Part shown: positions 17,479 to 26,973 of the stretch, in pieces
Layout of the letters: each line of letters opens with the position of its first letter
Numbering within the stretch: position 1 is the first letter of the stretch
NCBI GenBank assembly: GCA_004193555.1
Contig: RPGP01000001.1
Location: forward strand, 27,367-91,366
Direction: 5' to 3'
DNA length: 64,000 nt
From: Desulfobacteraceae bacterium Eth-SRB1
GTDB lineage: Bacteria; Desulfobacterota; Desulfobacteria; Desulfobacterales; ETH-SRB1
Made by a program: the position numbers and the translations under genes
Notes under the pieces: model-generated
The model's database searches: none
What the model saw: the letters and a program-made list of their open reading frames with translations, nothing else
What the model was told of the DNA's origin: nothing

Positions 17479-20187
17479 TTACTGACTCCCGATCCCTGGC
17501 CCCCGAGCCCTGGCCCCTGACCTTAGATCTATTACCAGTTCATACTCGTTTGAATCAGGAACCCTTTTAATCTTGAAATTTAATTTTCGCCCCAATGCCA
17601 CCATCTGGGTGTTTTCAGACAAAACATGCCCATAGACGGTTTCAACGTTCCGCTCTCCGGCAATAGACAAACAGCGTTGAAGAAGTTCCGCGCCAATACC
17701 TTTTCCCTGCCATGGGTCTCCTACAACGACAGAAAATTCCGCGTGTTTCTGGTCAATTTCATTTATCACACGGGCAACTCCCAATATCTTTTCACCGGTT
17801 TCTGTTTCGGAAAGAGCTACAAGACAAATTTCTCTATCATAATCAATTTGCGTGAATCGCGCAAGCATATTGTGAGAAAGAAATTTCAGCGGGCTGAAAA
17901 ACCGATTATAGATACTGCGGGAAGAAAGTGATGCAAAAAGTTCCACTAAAAGGGGAGCATCATCGGGCATTACGGGTCTTATGAATACATCGCCTATCCC
18001 TTCACGTACTGTTTTTGTTTCATACTGGTTGGGATATGGACTTATTACCAGATGAAAAGGCGCCGGAATTTCAGAATATTTTAACATAATTCTGGCGTCA
18101 GCAACACATGTATTATTTACTGCAACAATTAAGGGGTTAATGTCAAGCTCATCTATTTCCGGAAAATCGGTTACAAGCTGAGCCAGCCGGATTAATATTT
18201 CTTCCAGCAGCATTAAATCGGCCGCAGGCCTGTTCCTGTATCCTTTTAGCATGCGATAAACCTTTGTTTCTTCCATAAGCCTTCCGGCCAACAGGCGATT
18301 CAAAGGGGGAAGGGCAAGGGCTTGATCTCCAAGGATCTCGGTCATCGTACCCCCCATTCCAAAAAGAATCACCGGGCCGAAATCCCGATCCTTTTTCGAC
18401 CCGATAATCAGTTCGCAATCGATCTGTTTTATCATAGGCTGAATCGTTACGCCTTCAATACCGGCATCCGGATTATAATTTCGAGCCCTTTCAATTAATT
18501 TTATATAAGCATCACGCGCCTCGGACTCACTTTGCACATTGAGCATAACTCCATCAGCCTCTGTTTTGTGTGTAATCTCCCTTGAACATATCTTCATTGC
18601 CACGGGAAAACCTAATTCCCCGGCTTTTAGAGCTGCTTCCGTATCTGAAGCAACCAGCTCTGTTTGATTAACAGGAATCCCGTAAGCTGAAAGCAGGGTC
18701 TTGGCTTCAACCTCGGTTAGAACATGTTTTTTTGATTCAAGCCCTCTGCTGATTATGGAGCCGGCCTTTTTGCGATCAAATTCCATCTTGCCGGGCAGCT
18801 TGGACGGAATCTCCTGCAGCAGTTCGATATTTTTTGAATAACGGTAAAGAGCCATAAATGCCCTGACTGCCCGTTCAGGTGTATCGAAAGTTGGAATGCC
18901 GGACAGGTTAAAAATCTCCCGTGCCTTTTCTGCATCCGGTCCGCCCATACATGAAGCAAAAACAGGATATGGTCTTTTTCGAAGGAGATTGACAAGCGGT
19001 TTGGCCATATCGGCCATATTTCTCAAAGCAACAGGCGCAAACATAATCAAAAGGCCGTGCACTTTGGTATCTTCGAGACAGATTTCCACCGCTTTTTTAT
19101 ATAATTCCGGAGAAGCATCCCCTAACAGGTCAACAGGATTTGCACGGCTCCAGTAAGGAGGAAGTATTTTGTCTAATTTTGTTATGGTTTCAGGGTTTAG
19201 TTTGACAGGCTCGACACCATAGTCGGAAAGCGCATCCGCAGCCATTACCCCAGGGCCGCCCGCATTGGTTATGATAGCCAGGCCATTACCCGAAACCGGC
19301 GGCTGCTTGGCAAGAAGTTCCGCACAGTCAAAAAGCTCCTCAAATGTTTTGACGCGGAGTATTCCGGCCCGTTTAAAAGCCGCATCATAAACTGCGTCTT
19401 CCCCGGCAAGAGCGCCTGTATGAGAAGCGGCGGCAACAGCGCCTGCACGTGTTCGCCCGGCCTTCAACACGATAACCGGCTTTATGCGCGATACAGCCCT
19501 CGCTGCGCTCATAAAATATCTAAACCGGTTTAAATTTTCAACATACATCACGATGCTGCTGACATCAGGTTCCCCGCCCAAATAATCAATCATGTCACCA
19601 AAATTTACATCCAGCATGGAACCGAGGCTTACAAAATAGCTGAACCCAATTTTTTCCCTGATAGAAAGATCGAGAATCGATGTGCAAATTGCGCCGCTTT
19701 GAGATATAAAGGCCATCCTTCCGGGAAGGGGCATGTGACTCGCAAAACTTGCATTCAGTTTTGATCGGCTGCAAATAACTCCAAGACAATTCGGGCCGAT
19801 AATGCGAAGACCTGAAGGCTCCGCCTCCTGTTTAATAGCCGCTTCCAGTTCTCTTCCCTTTGCCCCGCTCTCTTTTCCACCTGCAGAAATAATGACCGCT
19901 CCCTGCACTCCTGCTTCCGAGCATTCTTTTACAATTTCAGGTATCGAAATAATCGGCGCCGCAAGAATTGCAAGATCAATTGAGGATTTTAGAGCCAGGA
20001 CAGAGGAATGGGCAGGCAATCCATGTATAGTATTACGACGCGGATTTATCGGGTAAACATCTCCCGCATACTCCCCCTCAATTAAATTGCGCATCAGGGC
20101 GGAACCAATGCTTCCCTCCTTTTCACTGGCCCCGACTACTGCAATAGATTTCGGCCGAAATATTTTCTCCAGTTTATCAACGCCCAT
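17479..20187 (-). CDS. Pat-type protein: NDP-forming acyl-CoA synthetase alpha/beta domains + C-terminal GNAT acetyltransferase
   Basis: FRPKSIAVVGAS, GPNCLG, ISQSGA, AASHTGALAG, TNAGGPG, LDINPL, QIDYDRE, WQGKGIG. Start placed at ATG 20187 because the ORF-track extension translates a repeat. Confidence 0.92.
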   Translation of the reverse strand: MGVDKLEKIFRPKSIAVVGASEKEGSIGSALMRNLIEGEYAGDVYPINPRRNTIHGLPAHSSVLALKSSIDLAILAAPIISIPEIVKECSEAGVQGAVIISAGGKESGAKGRELEAAIKQEAEPSGLRIIGPNCLGVICSRSKLNASFASHMPLPGRMAFISQSGAICTSILDLSIREKIGFSYFVSLGSMLDVNFGDMIDYLGGEPDVSSIVMYVENLNRFRYFMSAARAVSRIKPVIVLKAGRTRAGAVAAASHTGALAGEDAVYDAAFKRAGILRVKTFEELFDCAELLAKQPPVSGNGLAIITNAGGPGVMAADALSDYGVEPVKLNPETITKLDKILPPYWSRANPVDLLGDASPELYKKAVEICLEDTKVHGLLIMFAPVALRNMADMAKPLVNLLRKRPYPVFASCMGGPDAEKAREIFNLSGIPTFDTPERAVRAFMALYRYSKNIELLQEIPSKLPGKMEFDRKKAGSIISRGLESKKHVLTEVEAKTLLSAYGIPVNQTELVASDTEAALKAGELGFPVAMKICSREITHKTEADGVMLNVQSESEARDAYIKLIERARNYNPDAGIEGVTIQPMIKQIDCELIIGSKKDRDFGPVILFGMGGTMTEILGDQALALPPLNRLLAGRLMEETKVYRMLKGYRNRPAADLMLLEEILIRLAQLVTDFPEIDELDINPLIVAVNNTCVADARIMLKYSEIPAPFHLVISPYPNQYETKTVREGIGDVFIRPVMPDDAPLLVELFASLSSRSIYNRFFSPLKFLSHNMLARFTQIDYDREICLVALSETETGEKILGVARVINEIDQKHAEFSVVVGDPWQGKGIGAELLQRCLSIAGERNVETVYGHVLSENTQMVALGRKLNFKIKRVPDSNEYELVIDLRSGARARGPGIGSQ

Positions 20188-20189
20188 AA

Positions 20190-20249
20190 TTAGTTGAGTG
20201 GTCGATTGGTCGAGTGGTTGACTGGTTAACAACTCGACCAATCGACTAA
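20190..20249. repeat. Inverted octamer tandem repeat (GGTCGAGT/ACTCGACC family)
   Basis: TGGTCGATTGGTCGAGTGGTTGACTGG...AACTCGACCAATCGACT; second copy at 36812-36882. Confidence 0.75.
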
Positions 20250-20252
20250 AGT

Positions 20253-20705
20253 TTACGAAACTTTGTAAGGATTTATAAGAAGAACCGGTACAGGAGATGC
20301 TTTGGACACCCTTTCCGCAACAGAACCGAATACCACTTTTTCCAGACCCTTTCTGCCGTGAGTCCCCATGATGAGTAAATCAATTCCTTTTGTCTCGATA
20401 TATTTCAATATTTCTTCTGAGATGTCTCCTGATATAACTTCCGCTTTCGTATCCTGAAGATTTGAAAAATATTCCTCCTTAAATTCCTTCAGCTTTTTTG
20501 TCGCTCCTTCCTGCACCTCATCTTCGAACTTGCTGATTGAAGGGTGAGGGACATAAATCCCGGAAAAATAGTCAAAAACACGGGATACAAACAAAAGGTG
20601 AACTTCTGCTCCAAATTTTTCCGCCATTGTTGTCACGCAGGGGACTATTTTGGGCGACGATTCCGATAGATCAACAGGAAACAAAATTTTTTTAAATTCT
20701 TTCAT
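20253..20705 (-). CDS. Universal stress protein
   Basis: KKILFPVDLS, DLLIMGTHGRKG..FGSVAERV, PVPVL. Confidence 0.93.
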   Translation of the reverse strand: MKEFKKILFPVDLSESSPKIVPCVTTMAEKFGAEVHLLFVSRVFDYFSGIYVPHPSISKFEDEVQEGATKKLKEFKEEYFSNLQDTKAEVISGDISEEILKYIETKGIDLLIMGTHGRKGLEKVVFGSVAERVSKASPVPVLLINPYKVS

Positions 20706-20734
20706 CTTAATCCTCCTTTTTTGTGTATTAATCC

Positions 20735-21409
20735 CTAAAAAATCATCCTTTTTCTCTCATTATGATCTATTATGTAAAGCAGAGTGGCCTTTTCTCTGAT
20801 CTCTTCCATCAGACTTTCAAGAAAAGGGCGGTCAATATCGAATATCCGGATATAAACCTTGCGATGTCCCTCAAGAACACCATCATAAGAAGTCAGGATA
20901 CTCGACACGCGGCAGCCATAGCTTCTGATAATGTCGGTAATTTCCTTAAGTGTATGGTGCTTATCAGTCAATTGAATGGCAAACTGGATGCCTTTTTCCC
21001 CAAAACCGGTTAAGAAAAATATCACCCTGCATATATCCGACAGTGTAATTATCCCCACCAGATCCCTTTCATGATCGAGCACTGGCATGCCTGATATTTT
21101 ATTCAGCAAAATGGTTTCGGCTGTCTCCTCTATGGTTAAATCAAAAGGAACCGTCATGGGGTCTCCGGTCATGATCTCCTTTATTTTAATTTCTGCGGTT
21201 TTATGTATGTCACAGGGTTTTAACGCGGCAATGCTTGAAGCCGATGCCTTTTTTACATCTCTGTCTGTCACCACCCCTACAAGCTTGCCTTTTTCCATAA
21301 CCGGCAACATGCGTATTTCGTGCTTTGCCAACAGCGCCTTAGCATCCTGCATGGCATCTTCTATATCGATTGTGATAACCGGCTTAGACATCCAATATTT
21401 TACAAGCAT
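20735..21409 (-). CDS. AcuB-like CBS-pair + ACT-domain protein (paralog of 16771-17451)
   Basis: MLVKYWMS, IRMLPV, VVTDRDVKKASAS; collinear with the other copy. Confidence 0.9.
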   Translation of the reverse strand: MLVKYWMSKPVITIDIEDAMQDAKALLAKHEIRMLPVMEKGKLVGVVTDRDVKKASASSIAALKPCDIHKTAEIKIKEIMTGDPMTVPFDLTIEETAETILLNKISGMPVLDHERDLVGIITLSDICRVIFFLTGFGEKGIQFAIQLTDKHHTLKEITDIIRSYGCRVSSILTSYDGVLEGHRKVYIRIFDIDRPFLESLMEEIREKATLLYIIDHNERKRMIF

Positions 21410-21893
21410 TATAAACCCTCTTTGAATTGATGGAATCGCTCCGCTCTGTTTTTTTTAAACTGACAGAATTCATTCAATATTCAATTCTCACTTTTCAATC
21501 ATATGACCTCTAATTACTTATAATCTACATTATTATACAGATGAAAGTCAATGTTTTGACATGTCTTCGCTTCCCACATAGTTAATAATTTGTCAAGTTT
21601 TGAAGAACAACGTTTCCTTCATAACCATCAACTCATTGACAACACACGTTAATCCTAACCGCACAGGTAGAAAATTTTGTCAGGAGCAACTGTTGTAATT
21701 CCAATATTAAGATTGTGTTTGGATTTTACTTGCACTGTTACAAGCAATCTGCTTTTTTAACACCATCCTTTTCTGTTTAATAATACCTAAAATAAGCGAT
21801 TAGCCATTAGCTTTTAGCTATTAGTCAAACCATATCAAGATGTTATTAAATAAGGATCATCTTCCGATTAGTTGTAGTTAATTACGGCAAAAT

Positions 21894-22724
21894 ATGAAAC
21901 GTCACTCTATCCAGACATATCGCCGCATTATACAAATTGGTGTGGCGGTAACATTCATCATACTTCCATTGTTGAATCAATTAGGTTTTACTTTTATCTG
22001 GGGCAATTTCTTGAATATTCATATTGGCCCCCTGAATCTGACAGATCCTCTTGCTGTTCTTCAGATAACTCTAAAAAACCAATACTTTCCGCCCAGACTT
22101 CTAATGAGTACCGGAATAATTCTAATTATAGCCATGTGTTTTGGCACTATATTTTGTTCATGGATCTGTCCTTTTGGTCTGCTCTCAGAATTAGCCCATG
22201 GACTGGCTAAACGTATTTTGCCTGATACTTTTAAAAAACTAAACTTTCAAAATAGCGGATTTAAAATCAAGATATATATTTTAGCATCAGGATTATTATT
22301 CTTATTCTTATTTTGTACGACACCTGTCATTAACCAACTTTCCATGCCTTCATGGTATTCTCAGATTTTTCAATACTTATTTATCCAGAAACATATATCT
22401 TTTGCGGTATTATTTGTCGCTGCAATTCTGTTTGCAGAATTTATATCCCGCAACCGTCTATGGTGCCGTTACATATGTCCTCAATCTTTTCTCCTCGTTA
22501 TAGCCAAACTTCTCAATCCATTCCATCTTAAAGTAGTTTACCGCAAAGAAAAATGTATCAGCAATAAAAATAATAACCCATGTCAAAAAGCCTGTTCTCT
22601 TGGCCTTGACCCCAAAACTTTGAACAATTTATTAGAAACGGAATGTAATAACTGCGGAGACTGTGTCGTAGCATGTAAAAAGTTGGGTAACGCTCTCAAT
22701 TTTCAATTTAGGCATTTCTTATAA
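21894..22724 (+). CDS. NapH/MauN-like membrane 4Fe-4S protein
   Basis: LTDPLA, FCSWICPFG, LWCRYICP, C-terminal C..C..C and ECNNCGDCVVAC; ~4-5 TM. Confidence 0.82.
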   Translation: MKRHSIQTYRRIIQIGVAVTFIILPLLNQLGFTFIWGNFLNIHIGPLNLTDPLAVLQITLKNQYFPPRLLMSTGIILIIAMCFGTIFCSWICPFGLLSELAHGLAKRILPDTFKKLNFQNSGFKIKIYILASGLLFLFLFCTTPVINQLSMPSWYSQIFQYLFIQKHISFAVLFVAAILFAEFISRNRLWCRYICPQSFLLVIAKLLNPFHLKVVYRKEKCISNKNNNPCQKACSLGLDPKTLNNLLETECNNCGDCVVACKKLGNALNFQFRHFL

Positions 22725-22760
22725 TCAATTTCAGTAATGTCCGCAAGAAAATTGCGATGC

Positions 22761-22949
22761 GAGACCTTTGAAAAATGTTTCCGCCAGAGTACTTTGGCGG
22801 ATTCGAGTTCAAGGGAGGCGATCCGCCTCAGGCGGATTAACCATAGGAATACATTGAGTATTTCGAGACTTAAAATTTGAGCCTGACGCCGTCACTTTAG
22901 TGAAGCTTCAGCGCTAATTGGGCAAAAGAAGGCGTTTTGCAAAGGTTTC
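22761..22949 (+). mobile_element. MITE (GAGACCTTTG family) with nested mini-hairpins
   Basis: TIRs GAGACCTTTGAAAAA / TTTTGCAAAGGTTTC; 5-bp TSD GATGC (22756-22760, 22950-22954). Confidence 0.85.
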
Positions 22950-23098
22950 GATGCTTCAACCTGTTCCATATATTTTTTTAGACGGTGAATTTTGGCAGGC
23001 TCAAACACCTTGCAATAGACATATATATATGATAATTATGAATTGTGGATTTAAGAAATTCTATCAATTTTATAAAAAACGATAGAGTGCTTCGGTTC

Positions 23099-23240
23099 GA
23101 GACCTTTGAAAAATGTTCAATTTTGTTCGAGTACAAGGAAGGCAAAAATTTCAACCACAGGAATACATTGAGTATTTCGAGTATTGAAATTTGAGACTGA
23201 CGCAGTAATCGGGCAAAAGGGGGCGTTTTGCAAAGGTCTC
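23099..23240 (+). mobile_element. MITE (GAGACCTTTG family), 142 bp
   Basis: TIRs GAGACCTTTG / CAAAGGTCTC; 5-bp TSD GGTTC (23094-23098, 23241-23245). Confidence 0.88.
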
Positions 23241-23364
23241 GGTTCCTCAGTATAAACTCAGCGATACAACAAATCTGAAATCTAAAACTTTTACTGTAGT
23301 GTGATTCAACGGAATAAAAATGGGATGCGTGATGATGGCACCACCCCTGTAATGGAGCATCAGA

Positions 23365-24519
23365 ATGAATTTTGAACTTTTAAAATCACATAAAGAAATC
23401 CAGAAAGCCGCAAGGGACTTTGCAAAGGGTGAATTTAAGAAGGAGCTTGCCATTGAACTGAACAAAAAACATGAATTTCCAAAAAAGATATGGAAGAAAG
23501 CCGCTGATCTTGGATTTATCGGCATTCATTTTCCTGAAGAGTATTCCGGGCAGGGACTCGGAGCCCTTGAGAACATTCTTGTTGCCGAAGCATTTTGCAG
23601 CGGTGATTCCTCTATTGGAAGCGCGCTGATCCTTGCCGCTTTTGCTTCTGAATGTATTTTACGATTCGGCAGTGATGAACTGAAAAAACAACTACTTCCA
23701 AAAGTAGCTGAAGGTGAAATGCTTTCCGCCGGCGCCTTTACAGAACCGGATCATGGCTCCGACATTACGTCCATGAATACAACCGCTGTACATGACGGCG
23801 ACGACTGGATTGTTAATGGCTCTAAGACTTTTATTACCAACGGCGGGCTTGCCGGGTTTTATATAGTACTTTGCCAGACCGACCCTGATGCCGATCCAAC
23901 ATATAGAGGCATGAGCATGCTTCTTGTAGAGGCGGACCGCAAGGGTGTTTCTACCATGGATGTTGGAGAAAAAATGGGTATCCATATGATACCAACTGCT
24001 GAGATTATATTTAAGGATGTTCGTGTTCCTTCTTCCAATCTTATCGGAAAGGAAGGGAGAGGTTTTTATCAGGTGCTGGAATTTTTTGATGAGAGCAGAA
24101 TTTTAATTGCCGCTCAGGGGCTCGGGATAGCCCAGGGCGCCTTTGATCGTGCCCTGGCATATGTTAAACAAAGGGAGCAGTTCGGAAAAAAAATAGCTGA
24201 ATTCCAGGTAACCCAGCATAAACTGGCTGATATGGCCACAAAAATTGAGCTGGCCAGGCTTATTACCTATAAGGCTGCCTGGAATTTTGATCAGGGCCGT
24301 ATTGATCCCAAACTTACATCCATGGCAAAAATGTTTGCCGGACGGACTGCCGTGGAGGTTGCTGACGAAGCAATACAATTGTTAGGTGGTTATGGATATA
24401 TGGCTGAATATGAGGTGGAACGCTTTTACCGTGATGCTAAAATTACAGAGATATATGAAGGCACAAGGGAAATACAGAAAAATACGATTGCAAGCGCTGT
24501 TATCGGAAGGTTGAAGTAG
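23365..24519 (+). CDS. Acyl-CoA dehydrogenase
   Basis: AFTEPDHGSD, NGSKTFITNG, REQFGK, IQLLGGYGY, YRDAKITEIYEGT. Confidence 0.95.
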   Translation: MNFELLKSHKEIQKAARDFAKGEFKKELAIELNKKHEFPKKIWKKAADLGFIGIHFPEEYSGQGLGALENILVAEAFCSGDSSIGSALILAAFASECILRFGSDELKKQLLPKVAEGEMLSAGAFTEPDHGSDITSMNTTAVHDGDDWIVNGSKTFITNGGLAGFYIVLCQTDPDADPTYRGMSMLLVEADRKGVSTMDVGEKMGIHMIPTAEIIFKDVRVPSSNLIGKEGRGFYQVLEFFDESRILIAAQGLGIAQGAFDRALAYVKQREQFGKKIAEFQVTQHKLADMATKIELARLITYKAAWNFDQGRIDPKLTSMAKMFAGRTAVEVADEAIQLLGGYGYMAEYEVERFYRDAKITEIYEGTREIQKNTIASAVIGRLK

Positions 24520-24569
24520 TTTGCACTTTTAAAAACAAAAATTAGCCGCAAAAAGACGCAAAATGGTGT

Positions 24570-24719
24570 TCAGGTTATTAGCCTGAAGGCTGCAGACTGA
24601 AGGGTACTGATCAATTCCCTACAACGGCAAAAGCCGTATTTGGGAACAGTGTGCTTGAAGGCATATACTATGTTTTATGAGTCTTTTCCCTAAAAGCCTT
24701 CAGCCTGTCCACCTGAGTT
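24570..24719. repeat. GGCTGAA-heptamer inverted element
   Basis: TCAGG...GCCTGAAGGCTGCAGACTGAAGG ... CCTTCAGCCTGTCCACCTGAG; relative at 29997-30157. Confidence 0.65.
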
Positions 24720-24752
24720 ATAAACAGATAAACCATAAAAAAGGAGGTTGCC

Positions 24753-25055
24753 ATGTTTGATTTTATTAAAAAGACGATGTTGACCGGTATCGGCCTTGCC
24801 CTTAAAACCAAGGACGAAGTAGAAGGCCTGGCTGATGAACTTGTAAAACAGGGAAAAATGTCTGAAGAGGAGGGAGGGAAGTTCCTGGATGAAATTCGAA
24901 AGCGGTATGACGACACCCAAAAGAAGCTGGAAGAGAGAGTGGAAAAGACAGTAAAAGAATTTATGAAGAAGGCAGATGTTGTTACAAATGATGAATTGAA
25001 TGCATTGAAAAAAGAGATAAGGGAGCTGAAAAAGGCTGTTAGCGAAAAAACGTAG
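24753..25055 (+). CDS. Phasin-like (PHA granule-associated family) small coiled-coil protein
   Basis: KKTMLTGIGLAL, ELVKQGKMSEEEG; RBS AAGGAGG; typical partner upstream of ubiB-like genes. Confidence 0.8.
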   Translation: MFDFIKKTMLTGIGLALKTKDEVEGLADELVKQGKMSEEEGGKFLDEIRKRYDDTQKKLEERVEKTVKEFMKKADVVTNDELNALKKEIRELKKAVSEKT

Positions 25056-25068
25056 AGCATAAATCATC

Positions 25069-26766
25069 ATGTTTAGCATACGAAAAATCGGAGTTATAGG
25101 CCGTACCTATCGACACCTGCAACGCTATCGGCAGATTCTGACCGTTCTATTCAAGTATGGCTTTGGCGATCTTGTTGAAGTGCTGAAGATAGAGCAATAT
25201 ATTGAAATCGGCCTTAAGGTGATATCAAAAAAGCACCGTGATCGTCTTGAAAAGCTTTCAAGGGCTGAAAGGGTCAGGCTGGTTTTTGAAGAGCTTGGGC
25301 CGACATTTGTAAAGCTTGGGCAGATACTCTCCACGCGTCCTGATCTTGTGCCGGTTGATTTTATAAATGAACTTTCCAAACTTCAGGATATGGTGCCCCC
25401 GTTTTCTTTTGACGAAGCAAGCGAGATCATGAAGGTTGAACTTGGCGCAGTGCCGGAAGAACTTTTTGCATCTATCGATAAAACCCCTATAGCATCTGCA
25501 TCGATAGGGCAGGTATATAGAGCGGAATTAAAAGATGGCGAAGTTGTGGCAGTTAAGGTCCAGCGTCCCGGTATAAAAAAGATTATTGAGGTTGACCTTG
25601 AGATCATGTTTCACATGGCAACCCTTATGGAAAATCATATAGAAGAGATGGAGCTGCACCGGCCCGTCAAAATCGTCGAGGAGTTTGCGAGATCACTTGA
25701 AAAGGAAATAGATTATTCCATAGAAGCAACACACATGGAGCGTTTCGCAAGGGATTTTTTAAATGACCCCACTATCTATGTTCCAAAGGTATTCCGAGAC
25801 ACTTCGACCTCTTGCGTTCTTACAATGGAGTTTATAGACGGCATAAAGATTTCTGAAGTCAGCCGGCTTGATGATGCAGGATATGACAGAAAAATCATTG
25901 CCGTCCGCGGAGCTGACCTTGCTTTAAAGCAGGTATTTAATAATGGTTTTTTCCATGCCGATCCTCATCCCGGGAATATTTTTGTGCTGCCAAACAACGT
26001 TATATGTCTGCTCGATTTTGGAATGATGGGCACTGTTGACAGGCAGACACGTGAGGACTTTGTCGATCTCCTCGATAGCGTGGTACATAAAGATACTATA
26101 AAAGCAACCGGTTTGCTGCTGGAACTAACCGACCATGATGAAGAGCCTGATATCAAGTTGCTTGAAAGAGATCTGTCAGATTTTATTGGGCAACACCTTT
26201 ACAAACCATTGAAAGATATTGAAATTGGGAAAATGCTTCAGGGTCTGCTTGAAGTGGCGTCCCGTTACCGCCTCAGGATACCGCCCGATATGTTTCTTAT
26301 GATGAAGGCATTCAGCTCAACAGAAGGGGTCGGGGTTATGCTTGATCCTGATTTTGACATGATAATGCGGGCAACGCCGTTTATTGAAAGGGTAAAGCGC
26401 GCAAGGTTTTACCCCAAAAGGATTGCCGGCGATATTGCAACTCTTGTCGCTGAACTGCTTAAATTTGCACAGCAATTTCCTAAGGATGCTATTGATATTA
26501 TACGCCTTATCAAACAGCAGAAATTAAGCATTAAATTTGTACACCAGGGTTTTGAACCGGTGCTTGACACCTATAACCAGATAAGCAACAGGATATCATT
26601 TTCAATCGTTATTGCTGCGCTTATTATCGGTTCAGCCCTGATAGTTTTTGCAAAAACCCCGCCTTTGTTTCACGGGTTATCTATAATCGGAATTATCGGG
26701 TTTATTTCTGCCGCAATAATGGGTATATGGCTTCTTGTGGCTATTTTGAGAAAAGGAAGGTTGTAA
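25069..26766 (+). CDS. ubiB: UbiB/ABC1 (AarF) atypical kinase
   Basis: ELGPTFVKLGQILSTRPD, ASASIGQV, VAVKVQRPG, FFHADPHPGN, LDFGM; two C-terminal TM. Confidence 0.9.
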   Translation: MFSIRKIGVIGRTYRHLQRYRQILTVLFKYGFGDLVEVLKIEQYIEIGLKVISKKHRDRLEKLSRAERVRLVFEELGPTFVKLGQILSTRPDLVPVDFINELSKLQDMVPPFSFDEASEIMKVELGAVPEELFASIDKTPIASASIGQVYRAELKDGEVVAVKVQRPGIKKIIEVDLEIMFHMATLMENHIEEMELHRPVKIVEEFARSLEKEIDYSIEATHMERFARDFLNDPTIYVPKVFRDTSTSCVLTMEFIDGIKISEVSRLDDAGYDRKIIAVRGADLALKQVFNNGFFHADPHPGNIFVLPNNVICLLDFGMMGTVDRQTREDFVDLLDSVVHKDTIKATGLLLELTDHDEEPDIKLLERDLSDFIGQHLYKPLKDIEIGKMLQGLLEVASRYRLRIPPDMFLMMKAFSSTEGVGVMLDPDFDMIMRATPFIERVKRARFYPKRIAGDIATLVAELLKFAQQFPKDAIDIIRLIKQQKLSIKFVHQGFEPVLDTYNQISNRISFSIVIAALIIGSALIVFAKTPPLFHGLSIIGIIGFISAAIMGIWLLVAILRKGRL

Positions 26767-26837
26767 ACCGTTCACGGAACGTTGAAATTAGAAATTGGAA
26801 ATTTGGCCCGAACCTAAAAGCTATGAACCTAAAAGCT

Positions 26838-26957
26838 ATGAACATCGAACGTCGAACATCGAATAATGATGTCGCTCCGCTCTGCCAGTTTATAAAATGC
26901 CAGAATACCTTATTCAAAATTCGATGTTGAATGTTCGATGTTGGACGTTCATCTTTT
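26838..26957. repeat. Palindromic AACATCG-heptamer element between convergent genes
   Basis: Same core and arms as 6535-6659. Confidence 0.8.
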
Positions 26958-26973
26958 CTCGTTCAACGTTCAT

